A stretch of 43,681 nucleotides of DNA from Verrucomicrobiia bacterium (lineage in GTDB: Bacteria; Chloroflexota; Limnocylindria; Limnocylindrales; CSP1-4), in the NCBI GenBank assembly GCA_035607275.1, contig DATNBW010000245.1:1-43681 (forward strand), in the 5' to 3' direction. The notes below the pieces were generated by a model. It was not told the DNA's origin. It ran no database searches and worked only from the letters and a program-made list of their open reading frames with translations. Positions 24,561-33,571 of the stretch are shown here, piece after piece. The position numbers were made by a program, and so were the translations under genes. Each line of letters starts with the position of its first letter. Position 1 is the stretch's first letter.

Positions 24561-25298
24561 TCAGGCGAAGGTGCGATCGATCCAGGCTTGCCAGGCTCGC
24601 TCGGTCGCGGCCCGGTCGACGGGCTGGTAGAGATGGTGGCCGATCGCGACCGTCCCCATTCCGTGGATGAACCGGAACATCCCGTCGGCCGTCCGGAGGC
24701 CGATGAAATCGGGCGAGACGTAGTCGATCTCGCCGTCGAGGTCCGGCAGCCCCTCCGCCCGGAAGTGGGCGGGCTCGCCGAGGACCGGCTCCGCGGAGAC
24801 GCCGAGTGCGCTGGTGTACGCCGCCCACGCGCGCTCCCGGCTGACCTGCGGACCCCACAGCGAGATCGGGACCGCGGTCCGGCCGCGGAAGTGCTCGATG
24901 TACTCGACGAGCTTCGCGACGTAGGCGGGATCGCCGACCTTCAGCGCGTCGTACTCCTGCTCCCAGTCGTCTCCGGGCAGGAAGCCGCTGTGGACGAACC
25001 GCAGCGTGGTCGTCCCGCCGGCCCGGCCTTCGATCTCGAAGGCGAAGGTCATCAGCCGGCCGTCCGACGCCTCGGGGCTGGTCGTCGCGAAGCGATGCGG
25101 CGGCTCCCACGTCGTGACCGTCGACTCCATCGTGAAGCCGGGGAGCGTGGTCCGGAGGGCGCCGCCGAGCCGCGGCTCGAGCTCGTTCTCGCCCATCCAC
25201 CAGCCGTCCATCGCGGCGCCCGTCGCAAACGCCTCCCAGACCTGCTCTGGCGTGGCGTTGACGATCAGCTCGCCGCTGACCTCGAATGGATGGGCCAT
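24561..25298 (-). CDS. SRPBCC (AHSA1/START-like) domain protein
   Basis: ELIVNATPEQVWEAFATGAAMDGWW... is a typical AHSA1-like N-terminus. It lies 1 nt downstream of an ArsR-type regulator, which is a common pairing. Confidence 0.8.
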   Translation of the reverse strand: MAHPFEVSGELIVNATPEQVWEAFATGAAMDGWWMGENELEPRLGGALRTTLPGFTMESTVTTWEPPHRFATTSPEASDGRLMTFAFEIEGRAGGTTTLRFVHSGFLPGDDWEQEYDALKVGDPAYVAKLVEYIEHFRGRTAVPISLWGPQVSRERAWAAYTSALGVSAEPVLGEPAHFRAEGLPDLDGEIDYVSPDFIGLRTADGMFRFIHGMGTVAIGHHLYQPVDRAATERAWQAWIDRTFA

Positions 25299-25299
25299 C

Positions 25300-25929
25300 T
25301 CAGGATTCCTCCGTCAGCTCGAGCGGCTCCGCCGTGCCGATGTCCGGCGCGGACGGGACGCTGGGGTGGATCGCGACGACGATCCGGTGGGATCGACCAC
25401 CGGCGGCGCTCTCGTCGTGGTACTTGGCGACGAGGCTCGCGACCGCGTGCGACAGCTCCTCGGCGAATGCGGCGCGGTCGGCCGCCGAGGCGAACCGGAC
25501 CTCGCCGTCGAGGGCGAACGTCGCGATCCGCTTGCCCGCCCTGCGGGCGCCGATCAGCAACGACCCGACGTCGCGCACGAGTCGCGCCGCGAGCGCCAGC
25601 ATCCAGAACGCCGAGAGGCGGTCCGGCGCGCGCTCCGGGTCCGGCTGGACCGCGGCGAGGGCCGCCGGGGAGATCACGTACGAGGCCGCGGTCGCCTGCA
25701 TCAGCCGCTCGGTCATGTTGCCTTTGCGACGCTCCTCGACGAGCTCGACGAGGCCGTGACGCTCGAGCGTCCGCAGGTGGTAGTTCACCCGCTGGCGCGG
25801 AAGCCCGATCCGGGCGGCGAGTGTCGTCGCCGTTCCGGGCGTCGCGAGCTCGGCGAGGAGTCGCGATCGAACCGGGTCCAGGGACGCCTCGGCCGCCGCC
25901 GCGCTCTCGATCACCGTCACGTCAAGCAT
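25300..25929 (-). CDS. ArsR-type winged-HTH transcriptional regulator (long form)
   Basis: LDPVRSRLLAELATPGTATTLAARIGLPRQRVNYHLRTLERHGLVELVEERRKGN. Confidence 0.8.
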   Translation of the reverse strand: MLDVTVIESAAAAEASLDPVRSRLLAELATPGTATTLAARIGLPRQRVNYHLRTLERHGLVELVEERRKGNMTERLMQATAASYVISPAALAAVQPDPERAPDRLSAFWMLALAARLVRDVGSLLIGARRAGKRIATFALDGEVRFASAADRAAFAEELSHAVASLVAKYHDESAAGGRSHRIVVAIHPSVPSAPDIGTAEPLELTEES

Positions 25930-25937
25930 GGCGGCAG

Positions 25938-25970
25938 TCTGTCACCGACAACAAAGATTGTCAAGACAGA
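25938..25970. promoter_or_regulatory. nested inverted repeats (TCTGTC...GACAGA enclosing GACAA-N6-TTGTC) in the AT-rich region just upstream of the ArsR-type gene; candidate operator
   Basis: Read directly. A 12-bp direct repeat CCGTGGCGCGGC (25980-25991 and 26000-26011) follows. Confidence 0.4.
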
Positions 25971-26033
25971 AAATGTAGTCCGTGGCGCGGCAAGCTTTCC
26001 CGTGGCGCGGCGAGCCAGCCGCGTCCCCAGGAA

Positions 26034-26534
26034 CTACCCGGAGGACGGGTAGGCCCTCTCGCCGACGACCCGTGCGCGGTGGGCTACCCAGTCGCCGTCG
26101 GGGATCGGCGCGCCCTTTGCCTCCGGCGGCCCGTTGTACACGTAGATCCACGCCTCGTCGACCGGCCCGTCGACGATGTCGACGAGGCGGCGGACATATT
26201 CGGACCCGGCGACGTCGTGGGGATCGAACGCCTCGAGGGCGTCGACCGCGGCGAGCAGGTCCGGACCGGTCAGGTCGTAGAGCTCGACGACGACCGACGA
26301 CCTGGCCGGGTTCTCGGTGGCGTCCGGATCCGGATCCGCGGCGCCGTCCGCGGGCGGATCATCGATGACGAGCGACGGATAGGCGTATTCGCGGTCCGCG
26401 GTCTCCGGCATCTCCCACATCCGGCCGGCGATTCGGCCGATGCCCAGATACCGCGCGCCACGCAACAGCCCGTCGTTTCGTTCGCCGCGGCGCAGGGTGC
26501 CATACACGGCGAGCGGCGTGGAGAGATCGGTCAT
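26034..26534 (-). CDS. gamma-glutamylcyclotransferase (GGCT/AIG2-like) family protein
   Basis: The N-terminus LAVYGTLRRGERN is the family signature. Its ATG overlaps the MocR stop (ATGA at 26531-26534). Confidence 0.8.
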   Translation of the reverse strand: MTDLSTPLAVYGTLRRGERNDGLLRGARYLGIGRIAGRMWEMPETADREYAYPSLVIDDPPADGAADPDPDATENPARSSVVVELYDLTGPDLLAAVDALEAFDPHDVAGSEYVRRLVDIVDGPVDEAWIYVYNGPPEAKGAPIPDGDWVAHRARVVGERAYPSSG

Positions 26535-27955
26535 CGCCGGGATTCTGGCAGGTCCGCGGCCCGGGACTCCGCGATCACCGACGCGAGGCGCCGGATCCCC
26601 GGCTCGATCGACGTCTCGACGATCCCGCCGTAGCCGAAGATCAGGCCTGCCGGGCCGGGCGCGATCCGGCGCGGCGTGAGACCGGACAGCCCGATCCCGG
26701 CCGTGGCCGCCGCACCCACGATCGCCGCCTCGTCGAGCTCAGGCGGCAGCAGCGCCAGCACATGCAGCCCGGCCGACGCGCCGACCGGCTCGAGGTCGGG
26801 CAGGTGCCGGGCGAGGGCCGCCAGAAGGGCGTCGCGACGGCCGCGGTAGACCGGGCGCATCCGCCGGAGGTGATGATCGAGCTCGCCGTGCTCGAGGACG
26901 TCGGCGAACGCGAGCTGGTCGAACGCGCCCGAGCCGTTGTCGGCCGCCTGCTTCGCGCTGGTGATCGGGTCGACCAAATGCGGTGGCGCGACGAGCCAGC
27001 CGAGGCGCAGGCCCGGGGCGAGGATCTTGCTGGCCGACCCGGCGTAGACGACCCGGGCCGGGCGGAGGCCCTGGAGGGCCCCGATCGGCTCGCGGTCATA
27101 GCGGAACTCGGCGTCGTAGTCGTCCTCGACGATCGTCGCGGCTCGCCGATCGGCCCACGCGATCAGGGCGGACCGGCGCTCGGGCGGAAGGACGCCTCCG
27201 GTCGGGTACTGGTGGGCCGCGGTGACGAGAACCGCGTCGGCGTCCGCGGCCTCGAGGAGGTCGACCCGGAGTCCGCGCTCGTCGACCGGGATCGCGACCG
27301 TCTCGAGGCCGGCCTCGCGGATCGCGGTCCGATACTCCTGGTCGGTGGGATCCTCGAGCGCGACCCGCCGCGCGCCCGTGGCCCGGAGCGATCGCGCGAC
27401 GAGGCTCAGGCCCTGGGCGAAGCCGGAGCAGACGACGATGTCGGCCGGGTCGGCGGCGGTGCCCCGGACGCGATTCAGGTACGTGGCCAGGGCCGACCGG
27501 AGCTCGGGCACGCCCGACCCGCCGAGGTAGGTGAGACGCTGGCTGGGCATCGTGGCGAGGACGCGGCGCATCGACCGGAGCCACACGGCCCGCGGGAACT
27601 CGGCCACGTCCGGGCGGCCGGACCGGAATTCGAACTCGAACGTCGGCGGGACGAGATCCGCCCGGCGAACCGGCACGGGTCCGGCCGATCGGGCAACCCG
27701 TGTCGCGCCGCCCGGCCGGCTGGCGAGGTAGCCCTCGGCGACGAGCTGCTCGTATGCCTCGACGACGATCCCGCGCGAGACGCCCAACTGGCCGGCCAGG
27801 GCACGTGACGACGGCACGGGCCTGTCCGGCGCGAGCCGTCCGTCGCGGATGGCCGCGCGAAGGCCGCGCTCGAGCTGGCGGTGAAGCGGCTCGGAGCCGG
27901 CACGGTCGAGCTCGACGAGCAGCTCCAGCGCCGAACTGGTCCTCGATTTCGTCAT
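26531..27955 (-). CDS. MocR/PdxR-like regulator (GntR-type wHTH fused to a class I aminotransferase-like PLP domain)
   Basis: HRQLERGLRAAIRDGRLAPDRPVPSSRALAGQLGVSRGIVVEAYEQLVAEGYL (GntR HTH), followed by an aminotransferase-like domain (YPTGG..., SASKILAPGLRLGW). The start was trimmed to the ATG at 27955. Confidence 0.85.
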   Translation of the reverse strand: MTKSRTSSALELLVELDRAGSEPLHRQLERGLRAAIRDGRLAPDRPVPSSRALAGQLGVSRGIVVEAYEQLVAEGYLASRPGGATRVARSAGPVPVRRADLVPPTFEFEFRSGRPDVAEFPRAVWLRSMRRVLATMPSQRLTYLGGSGVPELRSALATYLNRVRGTAADPADIVVCSGFAQGLSLVARSLRATGARRVALEDPTDQEYRTAIREAGLETVAIPVDERGLRVDLLEAADADAVLVTAAHQYPTGGVLPPERRSALIAWADRRAATIVEDDYDAEFRYDREPIGALQGLRPARVVYAGSASKILAPGLRLGWLVAPPHLVDPITSAKQAADNGSGAFDQLAFADVLEHGELDHHLRRMRPVYRGRRDALLAALARHLPDLEPVGASAGLHVLALLPPELDEAAIVGAAATAGIGLSGLTPRRIAPGPAGLIFGYGGIVETSIEPGIRRLASVIAESRAADLPESRR

Positions 27956-28042
27956 CAAACCGGACCTTATCAGAGGACCGGTATTGCGGGAAGATGCACT
28001 CACAGATCGCCCCATCGCGATCGCATCGCCGAGGACCATCCA

Positions 28043-28171
28043 ATGGAAGCCCTGCTCGTCTTCTCGTTCATCGTCATCTTCTTCGTCGCCCTGGCCGCCC
28101 TGAGCTCCGCCTTTGGTGTCGACAGCCGTGACGGCTTCGCCAACGACCGGCTCCGCTCGGGCCTGAGCTGA
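28043..28171 (+). CDS. candidate 42-aa small membrane protein
   Basis: GAGGA lies 7 nt upstream of the ATG. The product is MEALLVFSFIVIFFVALAALSSAFGVDSRDGFANDRLRSGLS, one TM helix plus a polar tail with a G-x-DSRDG motif. From memory that motif occurs in small actinobacterial ORFs. Confidence 0.4.
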   Translation: MEALLVFSFIVIFFVALAALSSAFGVDSRDGFANDRLRSGLS

Positions 28172-28213
28172 GCCGTCGGCGAGCGACAATCCCGGCACGA
28201 ACAGGAGCGATCG

Positions 28214-28663
28214 ATGGCAACCTGGAACGACTTCGCCGCCGGCTCGCCGACGATCGCGGCGGCCGGCCGGGCGCTCCTCGAGCGGTCAGGGATCGGCGAG
28301 GGCCTGCTGGCGACGGTCCACGGCGACGCACCGCCCCGGATCCACCCCGTCCACGTCCGGATCGTCGACGGGCGGCTGCTGTCGTTCGTCATCGTCGGCT
28401 CCGGGAAGGCGAGCGATCTGGCCGCCGACGGTCGCTATGCCCTGCACGCGCACCAGGACCCGGCGGTCCCCCACGAGTTCCTCGTCCGCGGCCGGGCGAC
28501 GGCCGTCATCGACGCCGGCCTCCGGGCCGCAGCGGCCGGCGAGTGGTCGTTCGAGGTCGACGACGGCTACGTCCTGTACGAGCTGTCGATCGAGCACGCC
28601 GTCTTCGGCGAGCGGGCCACGGCCGACGACTGGCCGCCCGTCTACACCTCGTGGCGTCCCTGA
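28214..28663 (+). CDS. pyridoxamine 5'-phosphate oxidase family (FMN-binding split-barrel) protein
   Basis: The size and pattern (LATVHGDAPPRIHPVHV...DGRYALHAH) fit the family. It is divergent from a MocR/PdxR-like regulator, a classic pairing. Confidence 0.75.
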   Translation: MATWNDFAAGSPTIAAAGRALLERSGIGEGLLATVHGDAPPRIHPVHVRIVDGRLLSFVIVGSGKASDLAADGRYALHAHQDPAVPHEFLVRGRATAVIDAGLRAAAAGEWSFEVDDGYVLYELSIEHAVFGERATADDWPPVYTSWRP

Positions 28664-28721
28664 CCTCCGATTGCGGCTCACGACAACGAGGCGCTCCGCG
28701 GCGACGGGCGCGGGCCGGGCA

Positions 28722-28826
28722 ACTAAACGCGGACTAAACCGCCGCCACCCGTTGACACGACCGCGACCCCGTCGCATCCTGACCGGACCGCCTGCTTAAC
28801 CGGTTTAGTTGCGCGTAATCACGCGC
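28722..28826 (+). promoter_or_regulatory. candidate promoter (TTGACA-N17-CATCCT) flanked by ACTAAAC(CG) repeats (2 direct, 1 inverted), plus the palindrome GCGCGT-AATC-ACGCGC, upstream of the amylase gene
   Basis: ACTAAAC at 28722-28728 and ACTAAACCG at 28733-28741. -35 at 28752-28757 and -10 at 28775-28780. CGGTTTAGT at 28801-28809 and the palindrome at 28811-28826. All were read directly. Confidence 0.4.
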
Positions 28827-28930
28827 CGCCGGTCGGCGATCGGACCCCGCGCTCCGAGAGCGCGGCGCCCCGCCCGCACATCTGCCCCAGCCTTGCCAAC
28901 GCCACGGTCAGGTCCCTGGAGGTCCGGTCG

Positions 28931-31900
28931 ATGCCCGCTCCGTCCGTTCGTCCCCGTCGCTCGCGGGCCGCCAGGTTCGCCGCAGCCCTCGGGGCTGTTG
29001 CCCTCTTGACCTCGCTCGTCCCGGCCGCGGTCGGGATGCCGGCGCTCGCGTCCGGAGTGGCGCAGCGGGCGGCGGACGGCCCGTCGCTCACGTCGCACAC
29101 CCCGAACCCGACGTCGGTGACGATCGCCGGAAGTCTCCAAAGCGAGATCGGCTGCGCCGGTGACTGGGATCCCGCCTGCGCCGCGAGCCACCTCACGTTC
29201 GACGTCGCGGACGATGTCTGGCAAGGCTCGTTCGATCTGCCAGCGGGCGGCAATGAATACAAGGCGGCCCTCAACGACTCGTGGGATGAGAACTACGGGC
29301 TCCACGCCGAGTCCGGCGGCGCCAACATCGCACTGAACCTCGGATCCCAGCGGACCGTCAAGTTCTTCTACGACCACAAGAGCCACTGGGTCACCGACAA
29401 TGTCAACTCGGTCATCGCGGTCGCCCCCGGCAGCTTCCAGAGCGAGCTCGGCTGCACCGGCGATTGGCAGCCCGACTGCCTCCGTTCCTGGCTCGAGGAC
29501 CCCGACGGCGACGGCGTCTACACCTTCGTCACCACCGCGATCCCGGCCGGCTCGTACGAGACCAAGGTCGCGATCAACGAGACCTGGGACGAGAACTACG
29601 GCCAGGGCGGCGTGCCCGGCGGCGCGAACATCCCGTTCACCGTGGCGGCGAACGGCGCCAAGGTCACGTTCAAGTACGTGGCCGCGACCCACGTCCTGAC
29701 GGTCAGCGCCGGCCATGGCCACGACGGCAACGTCGAGTGGGACGGCCTCCGCCACGATTCGCGCGACACGACGTATCGGACGCCGGGCGGGGCCGTGCCC
29801 GCCGGCACGCCGGTCACGATCCGCTTCCGGACGTTCCACGACGACGTCACCGGGGTCGGCCTGCGCGTCTATTCGCTGAACGCGGCCGGCCAGTCGGTCA
29901 AGAAGATGTCGATCGCCGCCGCCAACGTGTCGTGCGCCGATCCCGCGCTCGCCGCCGAGCGCTGCGACTTCTGGGCGTACACCCTGCCCGACGCCGCGCC
30001 GGACAACCTCTGGTACCGGTTCATCGTCAGCGACGGCGCGGACACCGACTACTACGCCGACGACACGCCCGCCCTCGACGGCGGCGTCGGCGCCCCGACG
30101 GACGACCCGCTCGACCAGAGCTGGGCGCTGATGGTCAGCGTTCCCGGCTTCACCGCCCCGAGCTGGGCGAAGGACGCGGTCATCTACCAGATCTTCCCGG
30201 ACCGGTTCCGGAACGGCCGCGCCAGCAACGACCCGCACACCGGCGACGTCCGTTACAACGACCCGGTCATCAAGCTGCCGTGGAACGTCAAGCCCGACGG
30301 CTACTGCCGGAACTACGCCGACGGCGCGACGAACTGCCCGTGGCGCTTCGACGACACGCCGCCGCCCGACAGCCCGACCAAGGAGAGCCCGCGCGGCCGC
30401 GACTACTTCGGCGGGGATCTGAAGGGCGTGGACCAGCAGCTCGCCTACCTCCACGACCTCGGCGTCAACGCCATCTACTTCAACCCGATCTTCGACGCCG
30501 GCTCGAACCACTCGTACGACACGCAGGACTACACGAAGGTCGATCCGTACTTCGGGACCCAGAAGGACTTCGACAACCTCATCAAGCACGCCGACGCGCT
30601 CGGGATCCGGGTGATCCTCGACGGCGTGTTCAACCATATGAGCTCGGACAGCCCGCTGTTCGACCGCTATCACCACTACGGGACGGTCGGCGCGTGCGAG
30701 TCGACGGCATCGCCGTACCGGTCGTGGTTCGTGTTCACGAACGTCGCCGCCGGAACCGGCACCTGCGCGGGAGCGGCCGGCCCGCTGTCGGCAACCTACG
30801 AGGGTTGGTTCGGCTTCGACTCGATCCCCGTCCTGCGCAAGGACCAGGCGGCCGTCCAGTCGTACTTCCTGACCGCGCCCGACAGCATCGCGAAGCGCTG
30901 GATCCAGTCGGGCGCGTCGGGCTGGCGGCTCGACGTGTCGGGCGATCCGTCGTTCCCGAACGGCTACTGGGAGTCGTTCCGGGCGGTCGTCAAGGCCGCC
31001 GATCCGCAGGCCCTGACGATCAGCGAGACCTGGCAGAAGGACTCGACGTTGCTCCGGATCCTGCGCGGCGACCGGCTCGACACCACCATGAACTACCGGC
31101 TCCGCGACGCGGTCCTCGCGCTCCTGGCGCCACAGGGCTTCGATTCGAAGGGCTTCGCCGACAGCGGCCACCAGATCAGCGTCAGCGACTTCGCCGACCG
31201 TCTCGCCTCGATGCGCGAGGACTACACCGACGCGACCTACTACTCGCTGATGAACCTCCTCGACAGCCACGACACCGAGCGCCTCCTCTGGACGCTCACC
31301 CCGGGCACGGCAACGACGGCCGACAAGGAGCTGAACGTGGCCAACGTCGCGGCCGGCAAGCTCCGGGTCCGGCTCGCGTCGCTGATTCAGTTCACCGTGC
31401 CCGGCGCCCCGACCGTCTACTACGGCGACGAGGTCGGCGTCACCGGCGGGGACGACCCCGACGACCGGCGGACGTATCCGTGGGCCGACCTGGGCGGCCA
31501 GCCCGACACGAGCCTCCTCGCCCACTACACGGCCCTCGCCGCACTCCGGCGCGATGTCCCGGCGCTGCGCAGCGGTGACTTCCGGGTGCTCCTGGCCGAC
31601 GACGCGGCGCAGACCGTCGCCTATGGCCGGCGGACCGGGACGCAGGTCGCGATCCTCGTCCTGAACCGCTCCGGTTCGACCCGGCAGGTCGAGATCCCGG
31701 TCGACGGGTACGTGCCGGACGGCATCGTCCTGGATCGACGATTCGGCGTCGGCGTGGCCGCTTCCGGCTCGGTCGCCGTCGGCGGCGGAACCGTGACCGT
31801 CTCGCTACCGGCACTGTCGGCCCTCGTCCTCGCCAGCGGCACCGTCGATCTGACGCCGCCGCCCGCCCCGACGAACCTCCATGTCACCGACGAGGCGGCG

Positions 31901-33196
31901 AACCAGATCTCAGTCGCGTGGAATGCGTCGGCCGGTGCCGTGGGCTACGACGTCTGGATCAGCACCCTCAGCGGTGGCGGCTACGTCCGCGCCAACGTCG
32001 CCCCGGTGGCCGGCACGTCGTTCACGATCGACGGCCTCGACAACGCCCGGACCTACTACGTCATCGTCCGCGCCCGAGACGCGACGGGCAACGCCTCCGC
32101 ACCGTCGAACGAGGTGAGCGGACTGCCTCATCTCGTCATCGGCTGGGCCAATCTGCAGTGGCCGCCGGCCACGTCGCACGTCATCAGCGCCGTGAACCGG
32201 ACCGAGAACATCTACGGCCAGGTCTGGATCGACGGCGTCACGAGCCAGCCCGGGCCGACGCCGAGCCTGATCGCCCAGCTCGGGTTCGGCCCGGACAACA
32301 CCGACCCCGACGGCAACGCGGCGTGGCAATGGGTCGACGCGGCATTCAACACCGATGCCGGCAACAACGACGAGTTCTACGCGTCGCTCCTGCCGGAATC
32401 GACGGGCACCTTCGACTACGCCTACCGCTACTCCGTGACCGGCGGCCGCGACTGGGTCTATGCCGACCTCGACGGGATCGGCAACGGCTACTCGACCGGC
32501 CAGGCGGGCTCGCTGCTCGTGACCCCGAGCGGCGACACGACGGCTCCGGCGACACCCACGGGCCTGGCGGTCGAGTCGGCGTCGCCGGCCGGCATCGAGC
32601 TGAGCTGGGATGCGGTCGCGGGCGACCCGAGCTTGTACGGGTACGAGATCCTGCGCGGCGCCGCGTCGGGCGGCCCGTTCGCCTTGATCGGGTCGACCTC
32701 GTCGACCGACTTCACCGACACCGAGGTCGACGAGGGTGCGACGTACTGGTACGCCGTCCGTTCGGTCGACACGTCGTTCAACCGGTCCGCCAACTCCACG
32801 GCCGTGTCCGCGACGGCGGAGCTCCGGACGGTGGACCTCGTCTTCAACGTCACCGTTCCGGCGTCGACCGACGGCACGGGCCAAGCGGTGACGATCGCGG
32901 GGTTCCTCGATCGGCTCGACGGCGGCTATCCGCAGTGGACCCCGGGCGTGACCGAGCTGACCCGGGTCGACGCGACCCACTGGACCAGGACGTTCACAGG
33001 CAAGGAGGGCACGCAGCTCGAGTACAAGTTCGTGCTGGTCGGCACGGCCAGCGACGCATGGGCCTACGTCGAGAAGGACGGCTCGTGTGGCGAGATCGCG
33101 AACCGCCAGCTCACCCTGAGCTACGGCGCGACCGGCACCCAGACCGTTAATGACGTCGTCCTCAACTGGCGGAACGTGGCGCCCTGCGGCAACTGA
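28931..33196 (+). CDS. secreted multidomain GH13 alpha-amylase/pullulanase-like enzyme (2 N-terminal pullulanase-associated starch-binding domains, GH13 catalytic domain, 2 Fn3 domains, C-terminal CBM20-like domain)
   Basis: GGAGG RBS and a signal peptide. The GCxGDWxPxC...WDENYG module is duplicated. GH13 conserved regions are present: DGVFNHMS, GWRLDVSGD, ISETWQ and NLLDSHDTERL. There are two Fn3-like segments. The C-terminus (VTIAGFLDRL...W...LEYKFVL) is starch-binding-like. Confidence 0.9.
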   Translation: MPAPSVRPRRSRAARFAAALGAVALLTSLVPAAVGMPALASGVAQRAADGPSLTSHTPNPTSVTIAGSLQSEIGCAGDWDPACAASHLTFDVADDVWQGSFDLPAGGNEYKAALNDSWDENYGLHAESGGANIALNLGSQRTVKFFYDHKSHWVTDNVNSVIAVAPGSFQSELGCTGDWQPDCLRSWLEDPDGDGVYTFVTTAIPAGSYETKVAINETWDENYGQGGVPGGANIPFTVAANGAKVTFKYVAATHVLTVSAGHGHDGNVEWDGLRHDSRDTTYRTPGGAVPAGTPVTIRFRTFHDDVTGVGLRVYSLNAAGQSVKKMSIAAANVSCADPALAAERCDFWAYTLPDAAPDNLWYRFIVSDGADTDYYADDTPALDGGVGAPTDDPLDQSWALMVSVPGFTAPSWAKDAVIYQIFPDRFRNGRASNDPHTGDVRYNDPVIKLPWNVKPDGYCRNYADGATNCPWRFDDTPPPDSPTKESPRGRDYFGGDLKGVDQQLAYLHDLGVNAIYFNPIFDAGSNHSYDTQDYTKVDPYFGTQKDFDNLIKHADALGIRVILDGVFNHMSSDSPLFDRYHHYGTVGACESTASPYRSWFVFTNVAAGTGTCAGAAGPLSATYEGWFGFDSIPVLRKDQAAVQSYFLTAPDSIAKRWIQSGASGWRLDVSGDPSFPNGYWESFRAVVKAADPQALTISETWQKDSTLLRILRGDRLDTTMNYRLRDAVLALLAPQGFDSKGFADSGHQISVSDFADRLASMREDYTDATYYSLMNLLDSHDTERLLWTLTPGTATTADKELNVANVAAGKLRVRLASLIQFTVPGAPTVYYGDEVGVTGGDDPDDRRTYPWADLGGQPDTSLLAHYTALAALRRDVPALRSGDFRVLLADDAAQTVAYGRRTGTQVAILVLNRSGSTRQVEIPVDGYVPDGIVLDRRFGVGVAASGSVAVGGGTVTVSLPALSALVLASGTVDLTPPPAPTNLHVTDEAANQISVAWNASAGAVGYDVWISTLSGGGYVRANVAPVAGTSFTIDGLDNARTYYVIVRARDATGNASAPSNEVSGLPHLVIGWANLQWPPATSHVISAVNRTENIYGQVWIDGVTSQPGPTPSLIAQLGFGPDNTDPDGNAAWQWVDAAFNTDAGNNDEFYASLLPESTGTFDYAYRYSVTGGRDWVYADLDGIGNGYSTGQAGSLLVTPSGDTTAPATPTGLAVESASPAGIELSWDAVAGDPSLYGYEILRGAASGGPFALIGSTSSTDFTDTEVDEGATYWYAVRSVDTSFNRSANSTAVSATAELRTVDLVFNVTVPASTDGTGQAVTIAGFLDRLDGGYPQWTPGVTELTRVDATHWTRTFTGKEGTQLEYKFVLVGTASDAWAYVEKDGSCGEIANRQLTLSYGATGTQTVNDVVLNWRNVAPCGN

Positions 33197-33203
33197 GCGG
33201 GAT

Positions 33204-33237
33204 CGCCGGCGGCCGAGCCTCCTCCCGGCCGCCGGCG
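33204..33237. terminator. hairpin terminator (12-bp all-GC stem CGCCGGCGGCCG/CGGCCGCCGGCG, 10-nt loop) 8 nt after the amylase stop
   Basis: Read directly. It sits between convergent transcription units. Confidence 0.55.
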
Positions 33238-33571
33238 GTCCTCTCGCCGGGTCACGCCGCTCCGCCCGCTCGGTGGAGCGCCGGGCGTCGATGGTCTCCC
33301 AGTCCTCTCGGCTCGGTCGACGATCGAGTCCGGCTTCCCAGCGGGCGACCCACGCGGCAGCTCGATCCGGGAGCTCGCCGGCGCTGATCAGGCGCGCGAC
33401 GGCCGCCGCGCGACGGGCGGCATCGATGCGTGTCGGGTCGACTCGTCGGGACACGGCCGGATCGTCGACGCCGCTCGTGTCACCTCGCCTGTCGCCAGTC
33501 GTCAGGAATGCCGGACCGTGCCGCGAGCCTGAGTCGCGAGCTGCACCAGGCCCCTGGTTCGCGAGGAAGCC

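Noticed and set aside
21968-26633. 900-aa and 758-aa plus-strand ORFs
   Set aside because: They lie antisense to the S8 protease, alpha/beta hydrolase, SRPBCC, ArsR-type and GGCT genes. Their composition is extreme in Arg/Gly/Pro, and no start context is visible.
28805-31578. 906-aa minus-strand ORF and 704-aa alternative plus-frame ORF inside the amylase gene
   Set aside because: Both are shadow frames of the GH13 gene, whose frame carries all the conserved GH13 regions. Neither has motifs or an RBS.
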